A DNA stretch of 64,000 nucleotides from a virus. Each line of letters opens with the position of its first letter. Position 1 is the stretch's first letter. A program made the translations under genes and the position numbers. Positions 17,806 through 25,224 of the stretch are shown here, in pieces. The notes beneath the pieces are model-generated. The model was not told the origin of the DNA. It made no database searches and saw nothing but the letters and a program-made list of their open reading frames with translations. The stretch covers positions 37,807-101,806 of IMG/VR virus record IMGVR_UViG_3300045988_161046. One strand, 5' to 3'.

Positions 17806-17816
17806 GTTCTATAATA
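17806..17816 (-). promoter_or_regulatory. early-leader motif copy
   Basis: gttctataata 18 nt upstream of ATG 17787. Confidence 0.5.
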
Positions 17817-17881
17817 TATATTTATTAATTCCTAGTGATATTTTACACCCACTATAAAAGCGGATTTTATCACCTTATTAG

Positions 17882-17933
17882 AAGGTGCCGGAAGTCCGCG
17901 AACCGCCTGGAGATCTCAAAATCTTTGCACCTT
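17882..17933. repeat. GGTGCCGG...GCACC structured intergenic element, copy 1
   Basis: aaggtgccggaagtccgcgaaccgcctggagatctcaaaatctttgcacctt; paralog at 18253-18302. Confidence 0.55.
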
Positions 17934-17960
17934 AATGTAAAAGCTTAGAAAAGAATATCA

Positions 17961-18221
17961 TTATAAAGAAATTGATAACAACACACACACCGCCGCGGTA
18001 ATTAGATTAATACCTATAATTTGAAGCCCGGTAACTGTCACGCCTTCACCGTCGCTTGCAAAGTAAGTTTCAGGCTTAAAAAGCCACTGCCAGGCGGCTT
18101 TTATAGCCGCAAAGGTACTTTTGTTCAGGCGTGCAAAAAGAAGGGCACACACCGCGAATAAAATGCTTACTAGTTCGGCCGTACCTGGACGGCGTGAAAA
18201 AATGATATTATAATTATTCAT
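17961..18221 (-). CDS. small membrane protein (2 TM)
   Basis: ORF track; hydrophobic segments LVSILFAVCALLFA and LITAAVCVLLSISL. Confidence 0.5.
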   Translation of the reverse strand: MNNYNIIFSRRPGTAELVSILFAVCALLFARLNKSTFAAIKAAWQWLFKPETYFASDGEGVTVTGLQIIGINLITAAVCVLLSISL

Positions 18222-18239
18222 GATCCTAATATTTTAAAT

Positions 18240-18250
18240 GTTCTATAATA
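18240..18250 (-). promoter_or_regulatory. early-leader motif copy
   Basis: gttctataata 18 nt upstream of ATG 18221. Confidence 0.5.
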
Positions 18251-18252
18251 GA

Positions 18253-18302
18253 GGGTGCCGGCGGGAACGATCCACCGTTTAAGGCCTCAAACCTTAGCAC
18301 CC
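18253..18302. repeat. GGTGCCGG...GCACC structured intergenic element, copy 2
   Basis: gggtgccggcgggaacgatccaccgtttaaggcctcaaaccttagcaccc. Confidence 0.55.
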
Positions 18303-18320
18303 CGAAATCTTTAAATTATA

Positions 18321-18758
18321 TTATAGCGCTGCCATCATAGCAACGGCCGCGTTAACGGTTTTAGCCTGGTTCATGTTTGTGATTTCTGGAGTGTGATCTT
18401 GAACGAATTTCTTTTGTTCAGTACTCAACGCCGCAAAATTAGCCGCGAACGCCTGGACAAACGCCTCCACCTTCTCGTGTTCGTTTTGTGCTACTGCCTG
18501 GATCTCCAGGCATAAAGGTTCACGCATACTTTTAGGGAATTTATCTACAGCGTGCAAAAGCGCCGTTTCGTACTGGAAAGATTCCCAGGTTCTATTTAAA
18601 TAAGACACGCGGGAATGTTCGTAATATTTACCGCCTCCACTTGCAAAAACATGGTGACAGAAGCCGTTTTTTGTGTTGGTCGTGTCACAAGTAAAATAAA
18701 CGTGTTCGCCGTTTACTACAAAATTAAATGTTTTAGTATTATATCTTTTTGTTGCCAT
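18321..18758 (-). CDS. hypothetical protein
   Basis: ORF track. Confidence 0.6.
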   Translation of the reverse strand: MATKRYNTKTFNFVVNGEHVYFTCDTTNTKNGFCHHVFASGGGKYYEHSRVSYLNRTWESFQYETALLHAVDKFPKSMREPLCLEIQAVAQNEHEKVEAFVQAFAANFAALSTEQKKFVQDHTPEITNMNQAKTVNAAVAMMAAL

Positions 18759-18777
18759 AATTTTTTAATTTTAAAAT

Positions 18778-18788
18778 GTTCTATAATA
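18778..18788 (-). promoter_or_regulatory. early-leader motif copy
   Basis: gttctataata 19 nt upstream of ATG 18758. Confidence 0.5.
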
Positions 18789-18821
18789 AGGGCCGCCGGA
18801 ACGGCCCCCGTTAACTATATA

Positions 18822-19190
18822 TTACAGACGGATCTCCTCTAATTTTCCAAGGTCGAAAATTGCAATTTGTTCATTTGCACGACCCGCCTCGATAGCTTCA
18901 GCGCGATTCTCAAAAATCACTGTTGCATCATAATAATAAAAACCGCTTTCGGAATCATACCACCCGCCGAATGCTAAGGTACGGCCGTTTAAATCATCTA
19001 AAGCCTGTAGTTTCTCAATGACATTTGCCACCTTTGCCAGACCTTCAGCCCCGAAACTGTTTTGGGTCTTCTTTAATGCTACGGCATAGCCTGTAGTTAC
19101 AGGCTGCAGAGTTGCAGCGTTAACGGTAAAACCTTCTGGGTTTAAAGCTGCAATTGCAGCAACACTTGAGATAATTAAATTCTTTTTCAT
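18822..19190 (-). CDS. hypothetical protein
   Basis: ORF track. Confidence 0.6.
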   Translation of the reverse strand: MKKNLIISSVAAIAALNPEGFTVNAATLQPVTTGYAVALKKTQNSFGAEGLAKVANVIEKLQALDDLNGRTLAFGGWYDSESGFYYYDATVIFENRAEAIEAGRANEQIAIFDLGKLEEIRL

Positions 19191-19236
19191 AACTTTAATT
19201 TTTTAAATGTTTGTACTATGTTTTATTTTTATGCTG

Positions 19237-19268
19237 CAAAAGTAATAATAAAATATTGAACCGCCAAA
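19237..19268 (-). promoter_or_regulatory. Class-I promoter (TTTGGCGGTTC, 20-nt gap, TACTTTTG)
   Basis: Canonical gap; about 45 nt upstream of ATG 19190; likely head of the early operon. Confidence 0.55.
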
Positions 19269-19429
19269 TATTTTGCAAAGAAAATACTTAAAAGATAGTA
19301 TTTTTAACCTTTATTTGCAATAACATGATAGTATCTTTACAAAATAAATACTATTATATGGTTACAAACAAATAATAGCTATTATATTATATTATTATAT
19401 ATACCTTATTATATATAGAGAAAGAACAA

Positions 19430-19890
19430 AAGCAAGAAGAAGGGAAGGAAGAGAGAGAACCAGGGCGAAGGATGCCGCCGCCATCTTCGCCCGTTCCTCG
19501 CCTCTCTTCCTGTTCTGTCTGCTGCCCCACCGTCCACACCATCGCCAGCGCTCACCCTCTCGCCACGTCGCACAAGCAGCCAGGGCGAGAGGAAGGGCGA
19601 GCACCTCGTCCGGTTCTGGGCGATACCATCGCCACACCTCGCCACACCTCGCCACCGATTGACCAGCAGCCACAGGGCAGCGCCTCGACGGTCTGCCATC
19701 CTGCCCGCCTCGTCCCCGCCTCTCTTCCAATCCGTCAGATGGTGAGGGTAGGGCAGCGAGCCAGCCAGGGCGGCGATCCTCTCCAGCTCACCCCGTCGAC
19801 CCTCTCGCCCGTCCTCGGCAATGTGGAGGGCATATTACAGGGACGACAAAAAGAGGTTAGAGGGGGAAGCTAACCAGTGTGGCGGCGCAG
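19430..19890. other. non-coding C-skewed GC island
   Basis: About 460 bp, clearly more GC-rich than the surrounding sequence by eye, plus strand C >> G; overlapping ORFs open in several frames give low-complexity peptides; tandem cgccacacct x2. Confidence 0.6.
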
Positions 19891-20094
19891 TCTTCCTTGC
19901 GAATCAAAGTTCTCAGGATAGACCGCACAAATGTATCGCTCTAAATATCAATTATTTAATTTCTCCGCTAGGCTATGCCGTGCAAAGCCGGTGTAGCGGG
20001 GAAATGGTAATTGTACTTAAAGTGTAAAAGATAACTAATTAAAACACAAATAGTTATAGGGGTGAATAAATAATTCGTTTTAGTAGTTTAGGTA

Positions 20095-20192
20095 AGACTT
20101 TTGCCATTACAGGGCGAATCGAAACCGCACGCCTATACCCAGGGCGATGCCCTGGGCTAGGAGCTTCTGCCACTTCAGGGCGTGCAGCTTGA
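20095..20192 (-). repeat. REP/MITE-like element, copy B (inverted partner of 8563-8661)
   Basis: Core cccagggcgatgccctggg; a third 25-bp fragment lies at 37361-37385. Confidence 0.8.
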
Positions 20193-20243
20193 AATAGCCA
20201 ATGCTTCCATGGCGTGCGGCTTATATTCTTCCTATTCTGCCGA

Positions 20244-21002
20244 TTAATAATCATACAGCGAAAAGGCAGTGGGACCTTCCAGTTTGAAAGCGGTCTCTAC
20301 ATATACCAGCTGACTTATGTAGTTTCGATAAGCTTTATATTCGGTACGGCAAGCATTAGCGGCATAAGTCAAGGAGCCATGCTCATTTACGCCGCCATCC
20401 TCTATGCCGGCATTGGTTAACGCGCCTCTTACTATATCAAAGCGGTCTTCTATCATCGCATTATAGCGAGCCAAAGGTGCAAGAGTCTCCTCTAGGCTCA
20501 TAGGTACCGACTGAAATACCTGGTTGCCGAGACTGATGCCGCCACCTGCTACCTTATGAAATACCTGACGATATACCTCGAATACCGGACGAACCCTGCG
20601 GGCGATAAAAAACTCAAGGCATGGAACACTAAGCATGTAAGCATTCTGCGGGCGGCCCATCACGCTTTTACCGTCAGTTTGCGTGTCATCAGACTTTTCC
20701 CCATTTTGGGGGAAAACTCCCGACTTTTTGCCATTTTGGGCAAAAACTCCAGACTTTTGAGCATTCTGGGAGAAAACTCCAGACTTTTGAGCATTTGTGC
20801 TCAAAACCTGATAATCAATGTCTTTCACGAATAAATTACTCTTTGCTAATGCTCTTACAGCATCGGAGCGGAACTTAAATACCAATGGCCACACCTCATC
20901 CAAATTCACTGGAAATTCCTCTTTGCTTCTTGAAAGGTTCAACACTTGGATAAAGTAAGCCTTTACCTCACTATCACTACTCTGTTTTGTTAGCTGAATC
21001 AT
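20244..21002 (-). CDS. putative DNA-binding/antirepressor-like protein with internal 10-aa tandem repeats
   Basis: Start set at MIQLTKQ (21002); C-terminal half ...GRPQNAYMLSVPCLEFFIARRVRPVFEVYRQVF resembles KilAC/Ant-type domains (weak); 30-bp x4 repeat at 20691-20810. Confidence 0.45.
   Translation of the reverse strand: MIQLTKQSSDSEVKAYFIQVLNLSRSKEEFPVNLDEVWPLVFKFRSDAVRALAKSNLFVKDIDYQVLSTNAQKSGVFSQNAQKSGVFAQNGKKSGVFPQNGEKSDDTQTDGKSVMGRPQNAYMLSVPCLEFFIARRVRPVFEVYRQVFHKVAGGGISLGNQVFQSVPMSLEETLAPLARYNAMIEDRFDIVRGALTNAGIEDGGVNEHGSLTYAANACRTEYKAYRNYISQLVYVETAFKLEGPTAFSLYDY
20691..20810 (-). repeat. 30-bp tandem repeat x4 inside CDS (NAQKSGVF(S/A)Q units)
   Basis: agacttttccccattttgggggaaaactcc and three variants. 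Confidence 0.85.
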
Positions 21003-21030
21003 AATCTTAATCTTTTTAAAAGGTGAAACT

Positions 21031-21219
21031 TCATGCTTGCACAAAAGTGGAGCGCAAACACGCAAAAAGAATACTCAAGCCCATATTATAGGATATGGAC
21101 TGTTCTTGACTCATGCTCCCAGTATCGGGTGGTGCAGTGGCAAGCTGCTCGATTACTGCCGTGGCTGCCTCCTGGAGGTCAGCTTTACCCATTGGTAGGG
21201 TAATGGTTGTTTCTTTCAT
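21031..21219 (-). CDS. hypothetical small protein
   Basis: ORF track; first minus-strand ORF of the divergent switch. Confidence 0.3.
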   Translation of the reverse strand: MKETTITLPMGKADLQEAATAVIEQLATAPPDTGSMSQEQSISYNMGLSILFACLRSTFVQA

Positions 21220-21468
21220 TCTACATTACTAATTTTAATCAGACATTGGTACACATATTTATATATAAAAAGAGGCAGTGTGCCCTTAACCCCTTGTCTA
21301 ATGACATAAAACGCTCGAATGTAGGAAAGAGCTTGCCACGATAGCGACATTACATCGCAATCAGGGGAGTTCACACTGCCATATATGTATACGCAGCCTC
21401 TGTATCAGAGACACATCACGTGCTTCGATACTTCCCACATTTCCGAATTTTTATTTTTTTAGACGGTG

Positions 21469-21500
21469 CAAAGATAAGGAGATTTATCGAAACTACCAAA
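21469..21500 (-). promoter_or_regulatory. Class-I promoter (TTTGGTAGTTTC, 20-nt gap, TATCTTTG), leftward
   Basis: Canonical gap; would give a ~240-nt leader containing the inverted repeat ggcagtgtg (21273-21281) / cacactgcc (21376-21384). Confidence 0.5.
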
Positions 21501-21571
21501 CTTTTTCCAAGAAAATTCCATTTTATAAGTAATTTTTCGCCAAAAAACTTGCGTAAATCAATATTTTGTTA

Positions 21572-21579
21572 TACTTTTG
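21572..21579 (+). promoter_or_regulatory. -7 box TACTTTTG, rightward promoter of the XRE gene
   Basis: About 30 nt upstream of ATG 21611. Confidence 0.4.
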
Positions 21580-21610
21580 CATCCGAACAATAATATATCA
21601 GATAAAGATT

Positions 21611-22276
21611 ATGAAGAAACTGGATATAAAAAGAGCCTTGCGTGAACATCACATGACGCAGGTTGAACTTTGCAAGAGAACCGGATTGCTTACTCAGAAC
21701 ATGAGTCCGATCATAAACGGCAATCCTACCATCTCTAAACTCTTCCAAGTAGCCGAAGGCATCGGCTGCGACATCACCGACCTCTTCTATCCCGACCCTG
21801 CGGAAGAAGCAGAGGAGAGAGACAAGGCACTCGAAAACGCAAAGAATAGCAAGATGCCGCTGGAACTTATTCTGCGTGACCTGACAAGAAGAGCCTATCC
21901 TAGCATCACGAAAGAGGAAATGGAGGAATGGATGGATGTCATCAGAAATAAGAATATGGTTCCTTGGTTTGATATAAATCCAAGCCAAATGGGTCTGCAG
22001 AATGCGATGGATAAGCTAAGACAATTCGAAGAGGCTAGAAAGAAGCATGAGGGCGAAACTCTGAACGAAACGCTGCGGGGCGATTTGCCGGAAGGTATCA
22101 TCAGCAGAGATGTGAAGTTTGTGCAGCAGGGAGCAGGGAGCGAGCCATCCTATCAGGTTCACGAAAACGGACTGGAATCAGAAAACCAGCAGCAAATAAT
22201 TCAGACTTCCACCTTCTGCCCTCACTGCGGCAAGAAAGTAAGGGTAGGAGTGGTATTATTAAATGTTGAATGTTGA
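21611..22276 (+). CDS. XRE/Cro-CI family HTH regulator with C-terminal zinc-ribbon-like CPHCGKK (repressor candidate)
   Basis: MKKLDIKRALREHHMTQVELCKRTGLLTQNMSPIINGNPTISKLFQVAEGIGCDITDLFY; start moved from 21566 to 21611. Confidence 0.75.
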   Translation: MKKLDIKRALREHHMTQVELCKRTGLLTQNMSPIINGNPTISKLFQVAEGIGCDITDLFYPDPAEEAEERDKALENAKNSKMPLELILRDLTRRAYPSITKEEMEEWMDVIRNKNMVPWFDINPSQMGLQNAMDKLRQFEEARKKHEGETLNETLRGDLPEGIISRDVKFVQQGAGSEPSYQVHENGLESENQQQIIQTSTFCPHCGKKVRVGVVLLNVEC

Positions 22277-22293
22277 GTGTTGAATGTTGAATG
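22263..22293. repeat. Class-C single arm C2
   Basis: atgttgaatgttgagtgttgaatgttgaatg; no partner arm nearby. Confidence 0.75.
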
Positions 22294-22316
22294 ATTTAAA
22301 CAAAAATTAGAAGAAT

Positions 22317-23168
22317 ATGAAAAAGAATTTTTTATCTATGATGAAACGTTCCATGATGGCTATCTGCACAGTGGTGGCCATGGGAATAATTACGGCTTCG
22401 CTGGCGGCTTGCAGCAGCAGCGAGGACGAGAGCGAGAGCGAGAAGAATGCGGCTAAGGTGAAGGAATATCTTGCCGGAAATGAGTGGACCATCAACAGCA
22501 CCAGCGGTACTTATTCTTACTACAAGAACCACATGGTTTACTATGAGGGCGAAGGAAGCTGGTCATCGGGCGGTCTCTTCGGAGAGCCTAACACAGCCTT
22601 CGGCTACTGGCAGATGGATGGCGACAGGCTTACTACCCGCTTCGAGGTAGGTACTCCCGAAAGCTTCAATATCAAGAATCTGCTGAACGAGACGATTTCG
22701 GGCGTGCATCTGCAGGAGAGCAACAAGCTTACGGGAAGCAGGGTATCGGTAAGCATCGATATGAGACCGCTGATTGTGGGTACCTTCGCCAACGGCAATG
22801 AATGCCAGATGAGATGCGGCAATACGCTGAATGATATTTCGGATGAGACGAGCCATGATGCGGCGCTGCGGGGTACCTGGTATTGCATCGTAACGATTAC
22901 AAAGGACGGAAAGAAGAGGGGTTGCATGGGGTCCATGACGTTTAATGAGGATGGCACCATGCACATGGTGATAGAGGGTGAGAAGGACTTCACTACCACC
23001 TATTCTACGAAGAACGGAAAGGTTACTATCAATGGTTATCTGGTAAAGGATCATGTAGCTACCTTCTATTATACGAACCTTAACGGTATAGAGATTAAGC
23101 TGTATAGCTGCGAGAACGGCTATCTTTCGTCTATATGGTTTAAAAATAGGGAAGACGCGAAGCGATAA
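22317..23168 (+). CDS. lipoprotein (cargo/moron candidate)
   Basis: Signal plus lipobox ...MGIITASLAAC followed by SSSEDESESE linker. Confidence 0.65.
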   Translation: MKKNFLSMMKRSMMAICTVVAMGIITASLAACSSSEDESESEKNAAKVKEYLAGNEWTINSTSGTYSYYKNHMVYYEGEGSWSSGGLFGEPNTAFGYWQMDGDRLTTRFEVGTPESFNIKNLLNETISGVHLQESNKLTGSRVSVSIDMRPLIVGTFANGNECQMRCGNTLNDISDETSHDAALRGTWYCIVTITKDGKKRGCMGSMTFNEDGTMHMVIEGEKDFTTTYSTKNGKVTINGYLVKDHVATFYYTNLNGIEIKLYSCENGYLSSIWFKNREDAKR

Positions 23169-23328
23169 AGGTAAAAAAGTAAAAAGGTAAAAAGGTAAAA
23201 AGAGCCTAGCGGGAGATAGGGACTCCTGCTAGGCTCTTTTCTTTTAGGACCAGCGATAGAATCGCTGGGGACGGAGGCAAGGGGGTAAGGTTCTTTTTAC
23301 CTTTTTACTTTTTTACCTTTTTACCTTT
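23167..23328. repeat. composite B-hairpin-A-B structure between convergent genes
   Basis: B arm 23167-23202, hairpin gagcctagc...gctaggctc 23202-23236, Class-A copy 23247-23278, inverted B arm 23293-23328. Confidence 0.85.
23247..23278 (+). repeat. Class-A hairpin element copy 3
   Basis: ggaccagcgatagaatcgctggggacggaggc. Confidence 0.9.
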
Positions 23329-23335
23329 AATAGGG

Positions 23336-23812
23336 TTAAGCATCGCCGCCGTCACCATCGGTGGTGCCGCTGCCTTGAGTGCCGCTGCCGCTTGCACCGG
23401 GTTTAACACCTGCGCCGCCACCTGCAGAAGGAGCAGATACATCGCCCGTTATGTCGAGGTCGCCCAGCTTCACCTTCAGATCTTCGGTTACGAGAGAGCA
23501 CAGATAGCTGTAAGGATTGCCTATCTTGTGCTGACCCTTGTAGGCCTTCATCACAAGCAGGTAATGCTCGCTGCCCTTAGGCTTCTCTGTAGATGGCTTG
23601 TTAGCCTTCCACCATGCGGCGGCAAACTTGCCTTTCGATACGAAAGTCTTGCGAACGGCCTGCTGTGCCTCGGTGTTAGCGTCGGTGAACTCGTGACGCT
23701 CCAATCGGTGAGTAATGCCCGTCTGCTTGTTGACAGCGTAGATAACTCCGCTTCTTGAGCAGAGTTTGCCTGAAATGCTCTCCACATCAGGCGCAAATTT
23801 TACTTTTGCCAT
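23336..23812 (-). CDS. hypothetical protein with Gly/Ser-rich tail
   Basis: ORF track. Confidence 0.6.
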   Translation of the reverse strand: MAKVKFAPDVESISGKLCSRSGVIYAVNKQTGITHRLERHEFTDANTEAQQAVRKTFVSKGKFAAAWWKANKPSTEKPKGSEHYLLVMKAYKGQHKIGNPYSYLCSLVTEDLKVKLGDLDITGDVSAPSAGGGAGVKPGASGSGTQGSGTTDGDGGDA

Positions 23813-23995
23813 AACTTTTTAAGAGTTTAAAAGTACAATAAAATAGTTTTTGAGACAGAGACGGGGTTGTTGTGGGCGAGATTTCAACAGGGCGTGAAAC
23901 ATTCTGCTTTCCTGCTCTATGAAAAGCCGGAAAAGAACCGGTAAGATGAGGGATGAGTTTTCTAGAAAAAGGCTCCTATCTATCTTTCGGTATTG

Positions 23996-24030
23996 TTTCG
24001 GGAATGTTTCGGGATTGTTTCGGGATTGGT
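23996..24030. repeat. short tandem repeat TGTTTCGGGA(A/T) x3
   Basis: ttgtttcgggaatgtttcgggattgtttcgggatt. Confidence 0.7.
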
Positions 24031-24232
24031 GTTCCTTCTACAAGCCAAACTTTCGTCCGGAAATCTCTCGGAATCATGCTCCGGGTTTTCTCATAAGCAA
24101 AGATACGAAAAAGCTGCGTGAAACATCGGACAACATCTGTTTGATTCCCAACGGAAGCTGCCATTATCTGTATGATTTTTATCAAATATTTCCAGATAAT
24201 TCTTACGGATATGCCCAGAAATTTACAGATAA

Positions 24233-24280
24233 TTCTCTGATTTTCTCTGATTTTCTCTGATTTTCTCTGAATTTCTCTAC
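24233..24280. repeat. 10-bp tandem repeat TTCTCTGATT x4
   Basis: ctctgattttctctgattttctctgattttctctgaatttctct. Confidence 0.8.
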
Positions 24281-24299
24281 ATATCTCGGTTTTTCTTCG

Positions 24300-24307
24300 T
24301 ATCTTTG
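24300..24307 (+). promoter_or_regulatory. -7 box TATCTTTG (P1; duplicate 12-mer tcgtatctttgc also at 24457-24468)
   Basis: Exact TAnnTTTG match. Confidence 0.45.
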
Positions 24308-24313
24308 CACCCG

Positions 24314-24425
24314 AAATTCCGCTGCCCGTAAAAAAGGTGGCGGTGTTATAATCTTTATAAAAGTATTAAAAAACGATGCAGCCCTGCCGTCCGCGATGGA
24401 TAGCAGGGCTTTTATCGTTTTTTGG
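24314..24425 (+). ncRNA. candidate ~110-nt sRNA between P1 and terminator T3
   Basis: Promoter box at 24300-24307, terminator at 24381-24425, no ORF in between. Confidence 0.3.
24381..24425 (+). terminator. conserved-loop intrinsic terminator T3
   Basis: gccctgc-CGTCCGCGATGGATA-gcagggc then ttttatcgtttttt. Confidence 0.7.
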
Positions 24426-24458
24426 TAACAGAAACATTGCGCTTTCAGATCATTTTCG

Positions 24459-24466
24459 TATCTTTG
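24459..24466 (+). promoter_or_regulatory. -7 box TATCTTTG (P2) for 24492-24851
   Basis: Exact TAnnTTTG match about 25 nt upstream of the ATG. Confidence 0.5.
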
Positions 24467-24491
24467 CGGCAGAAAATAAAATATTAAGATT

Positions 24492-24851
24492 ATGAAAAAA
24501 TTAGAACCATACGAAAATCAAATGATGTACCTGGTAGGTGGCAGTAGGTTGCCATCAACTCCTGGAGAGCGAGAGTTGGAGCACAAGTGTAATCCGCACC
24601 CTAACGACTGGATAGATGGTATCTATGATTTCAACAAACTTCCTTTCGCTGTTATAATGCAGAAAGGTCTTGTAACGCAAGCAGAGGATGAACGAAGGAA
24701 AGGTAGATATGGCTATCTTAGTGATTTAATTCCATCTTTCGGCGGCTCTGATGCTCCATATTTCTCTGACATGATATTAGAACCTATAGAGAAGTTCAAT
24801 GCAACACACTTCCCTGACGGACGAGAAAAGAATAAGGCGGTCACCATGTAG
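24492..24851 (+). CDS. hypothetical protein
   Basis: ORF track; has its own promoter and a hairpin at 24834-24862. Confidence 0.6.
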   Translation: MKKLEPYENQMMYLVGGSRLPSTPGERELEHKCNPHPNDWIDGIYDFNKLPFAVIMQKGLVTQAEDERRKGRYGYLSDLIPSFGGSDAPYFSDMILEPIEKFNATHFPDGREKNKAVTM

Positions 24852-24862
24852 TGAACCGCCTT
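24834..24862. terminator. hairpin between convergent genes
   Basis: aaggcggt-N13-accgcctt. Confidence 0.45.
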
Positions 24863-24870
24863 ATCTGTTC

Positions 24871-25197
24871 CTATCCTTCTAGTAAATCAACTATCTGACC
24901 ATAACCACCTACAGCCATCACAGGACAGAGTATCTTCTTGATAAGAATAATGTCCTCGGCTTCGATGTCTACGTTCTCAGCATCCTTGCCTATCTTGCAA
25001 GCTACCCGATAAGCACGTAGCTTTTCTTCGCCCGATAGCTGAATACTCTGATTGTCTATCACCTCGAAGAGCACCTTTCCTACAATATCGCCCATAATCT
25101 GTGGCTTGTAGGTTTCCTCTCCGTTCTCGTTCTTTACTGGTGATACTATCACCTCACCCTTCCAATTCTTGAAAGGTACATTGAAATTCTTTTTCAT
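24871..25197 (-). CDS. hypothetical protein
   Basis: ORF track. Confidence 0.6.
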   Translation of the reverse strand: MKKNFNVPFKNWKGEVIVSPVKNENGEETYKPQIMGDIVGKVLFEVIDNQSIQLSGEEKLRAYRVACKIGKDAENVDIEAEDIILIKKILCPVMAVGGYGQIVDLLEG

Positions 25198-25224
25198 ATT
25201 TCTTACTTTTTAATAATTATATTG

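Noticed and set aside
19395-19873. ORFs 19395-19730(-), 19409-19699(-) and 19472-19873(+) inside the GC island
   Set aside because: They overlap one another in several frames, encode only low-complexity Arg/Pro/Gly/Ser peptides, and are explained by GC-rich skewed composition. Treated as non-coding.
20115-20150. tRNA-like T-loop (ggtttcgattc) in the REP-like element, and GCGGCTCAGTTG near 62042
   Set aside because: I could not fold an acceptor/T-stem complementarity or a cloverleaf by hand. I found no tRNA gene in the window.
23919-24260. Plus-strand 113-aa ORF
   Set aside because: It runs through two short tandem repeats, has odd composition, and has no promoter box upstream. It is more likely part of a regulatory non-coding region.
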